From the NCBI GenBank assembly GCA_963777955.1, contig CAVZSQ010000015.1, positions 32,001-96,000 on the forward strand: a stretch of DNA of 64,000 nt, read 5' to 3'. The translations under genes and the position numbers were made by a program. The notes under the pieces were generated by a model, which worked only from the letters and a program-made list of their open reading frames with translations, was not told where the DNA came from and did not search any database. Origin of the DNA: Calditrichia bacterium. Lineage in GTDB: Bacteria; Calditrichota; Calditrichia; JAJRVZ01. Positions 61,859-64,000 of the stretch are shown piece after piece. Each line of letters opens with the position of its first letter. Positions within the stretch are counted from its first letter, which is position 1.

Positions 61859-63328
61859 ATGCAAAATCTGGTGAGAAAACAGTTGCCTGGAATGCCATTG
61901 TATGTATTGGTTTTTCTTTTGTTTACTACCATTTCTACCGTCTTCGCCGGCGGAGAAGCTGAACCAGGGGTGCCCCTGGGAAATCAATTACCGTTATGGA
62001 GCATTATCCCATTTGTCGGCATACTTTTGTCCATAGCCCTGATGCCTCTGCTGACTCCGCATTTCTGGCATCATCATTTTCCAAAAGTTTCGGCAGCCTG
62101 GGCCTTGATTTTCGCGATACCATTCTTATTTGCATACAAAGGTCAGGCCTGGCATGAAATCGTGCATATTTATATTGTAGACTATATACCCTTTATTATT
62201 TTATTGTGGGGATTGTACACCATTGCCGGAGGTATTTTAGTAAAGGGCAGTTTGAAGGGGACACCGGCGGTAAATTTATTGATTATCCTGGTAGGTACTT
62301 TTCTGGCTTCCTGGGTGGGTACCACAGGCGCGGCCATGATCACCATTCGTCCTTTGTTGCGTGCTAATGCGGAACGTAAATATAAGGCCCACCTGATCGT
62401 ATTTTTTATTTTTTTGGTTGCCAATATCGGAGGAGTGCTGACACCGCTTGGTGATCCACCCCTGTTCCTGGGATTCTTACACGGGGTCAGTTTTTTCTGG
62501 ACACTTAACTTGTATCCTGAATTAATATTTTTAGTAATCTGCCTGTCCATAATTTTGTATATCTGGGATTCGATACTCTATAAAAAAGAGGTACTTACCA
62601 TAAATCCGGCTGAAAACAAGGAGCCACTGAAGATTGTAGGTGCCCACAATTTTATTTTTCTGCTGGGTATTGTGGCAGCCGTATTGTTCAGCGGTCTTGT
62701 CGAGATGGGAGAGGTCAACCTGCTGGGGGTACACCGTACTGTCCAGAGTCTGATCCGGGATGGCTGGACAATTCTGATGGGGATTCTTTCGCTTATATTC
62801 ACGCTCAAATCCATCCGCAAGGATAACGAGTTTACCTGGGGACCGATTAAAGAGGTTGCCTATTTATTTGCCGGTATTTTTATGACCATTATTCCGGCTA
62901 TAGCGATATTACTGGCCGGTGAACATGGAGCCATGGCAGCGTTAATCCGCGCCGTAGAAACACCCAAGCACTTTTTCTTTATGTCCGGTGCTCTTTCCAG
63001 TTTCCTGGATAATGCACCGACCTATCTGACCTTTTTTAATACAGCACTGGGAAAACTGGGTTTGACTGAAGGTGTGATCCGGGATGCCTTTGCGGCCGGG
63101 ACTATCAGTACAGCCTATCCCGAATTTGAAAGCCTGATCAAAGGTGTATCGCTGGGGGCGGTTTTCATGGGCGCCAATACCTATATAGGTAATGCTCCCA
63201 ATTTTATGGTCAAGTCAATTGCCGAAGAAGCAGGTATAAACATGCCCAGTTTCTTCGGATATATGTTCAAATATTCCATTGTGGTACTGATTCCGCTGTT
63301 TATCCTGGTCGCCTGGATTTTTCTATAG
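61859..63328 (+). CDS. Putative sodium:proton antiporter (IT superfamily)
   Basis: PFVGILLSIA, GTTGAAM, ANIGGVLTPLGDPPLFLGF, SSFLDNAPTY and TYIGNAPNFMVK. Confidence 0.88.
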   Translation: MQNLVRKQLPGMPLYVLVFLLFTTISTVFAGGEAEPGVPLGNQLPLWSIIPFVGILLSIALMPLLTPHFWHHHFPKVSAAWALIFAIPFLFAYKGQAWHEIVHIYIVDYIPFIILLWGLYTIAGGILVKGSLKGTPAVNLLIILVGTFLASWVGTTGAAMITIRPLLRANAERKYKAHLIVFFIFLVANIGGVLTPLGDPPLFLGFLHGVSFFWTLNLYPELIFLVICLSIILYIWDSILYKKEVLTINPAENKEPLKIVGAHNFIFLLGIVAAVLFSGLVEMGEVNLLGVHRTVQSLIRDGWTILMGILSLIFTLKSIRKDNEFTWGPIKEVAYLFAGIFMTIIPAIAILLAGEHGAMAALIRAVETPKHFFFMSGALSSFLDNAPTYLTFFNTALGKLGLTEGVIRDAFAAGTISTAYPEFESLIKGVSLGAVFMGANTYIGNAPNFMVKSIAEEAGINMPSFFGYMFKYSIVVLIPLFILVAWIFL

Positions 63329-63378
63329 ACCATAATTTCAGTTCCTGAATTAATGATAAACTGAGGAGAACTTATAAT

Positions 63379-63463
63379 TGTCATTCTGAAGAATCTTATG
63401 ATAATCGAACAGATAGGATTCTTCTGGCAAGACCTGGCGCAAGACAGGCTCGTCAGCATGACA
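63379..63463. repeat. Degenerate palindromic intergenic element
   Basis: Outer arms TGTCATTCTGA/TCAGCATGACA and inner arms GAAGAATCTTAT/ATAGGATTCTTC. Confidence 0.55.
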
Positions 63464-63584
63464 CTTTTGCTTTTGAACAATACTTAGTTTTTTATTTTCT
63501 TAATATACCAGCCCTCATTATTTTTATTTTAAATCCTTTTTTAATAAATTGATTGACAGTACAGGCCAGGAAGGAGTATTTATT

Positions 63585-64000
63585 ACGGCGCAGGGCAAAA
63601 TAAAGGTATTACCGGCAGGTTTAGCCAATAAAATTGCTGCCGGTGAAGTTGTGGAACGTCCGGCTTCGGTGGTCAAGGAACTTGTCGAAAATGCCATCGA
63701 TGCCGAGGCCCGGAAAATCACGATCGTGCTGCAGCAAAGCGGTAAACAATTAATCCAGGTGATTGATGACGGCAGCGGTATGTCGGCCGCCGACCTGGAA
63801 ATGGCCTTTGAGCGGCATGCGACCAGTAAAATAGCGACAGATCAGGATCTGGAGAAAATCGAGACACTGGGCTTCCGGGGTGAAGCCCTGCCCAGCATCG
63901 CCTCGGTCTCCCGGATCAGTGTCAGCAGCCGCAGCGAAGAGGAACAAACCGGAACCCTGCTTGAACTGGAAGCCGGTAAAATCACCTCTAAATCACGCAA
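63585..64000 (+). CDS. mutL: DNA mismatch repair protein MutL, 5' partial; start codon atypical
   Basis: [49 protein letters not shown] and [16 protein letters not shown]. Confidence 0.95.

Noticed and set aside
235..63947. Many antisense or nested ORFs in the supplied track (e.g. 235-834, 24174-24986, 33439-34104, 48529-49083)
   Set aside because: They are shadows of well-supported genes on another strand or frame, with no recognisable motifs.

Overview
This 64 kb window looks like core chromosome from a diderm, LPS-making bacterium. T9SS-type PorU and PorV/PorQ genes and PEGA/CsgG-like proteins suggest an FCB-related lineage such as Calditrichota or KSB1 (inference). It contains an RND efflux operon, a lapA-lapB-like/SPOR/Crp/kinase operon, fbaB, porU, three tRNAs (Gln-CTG, Arg-ACG, Glu-CTC), a two-component cluster, envelope lipoproteins, metabolic genes, amidase-murI-porV/Q-obgE-dprA, hisS, two divergent PTS EIIA genes, a kdsC...kdsD-lptC-lptA-like-lptB operon and the start of mutL. 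I saw no integrase, transposase, CRISPR array or reverse transcriptase. About 13 single-base frameshifts, 12 of them insertions, split otherwise intact genes; they are most likely sequencing errors. The main hidden items are: (1) a SelW/Rdx-family selenoprotein gene missed by the ORF track, with CxxU and a SECIS-like hairpin, preceded by a long G-U-containing hairpin; (2) a two-gene module occurring twice, in which a CsgG-like protein with a C-terminal helical hairpin precedes a lipoprotein with a DNxxDxxN motif, a candidate undescribed lipoprotein export/display system; (3) mutL with its best ribosome-binding site in front of ACG/ATT instead of ATG; (4) a MocR-type operator plus a REP-like palindrome; (5) a catalytically degenerate ArsC homologue. 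All family calls come from motif recognition by eye, not from database searches.
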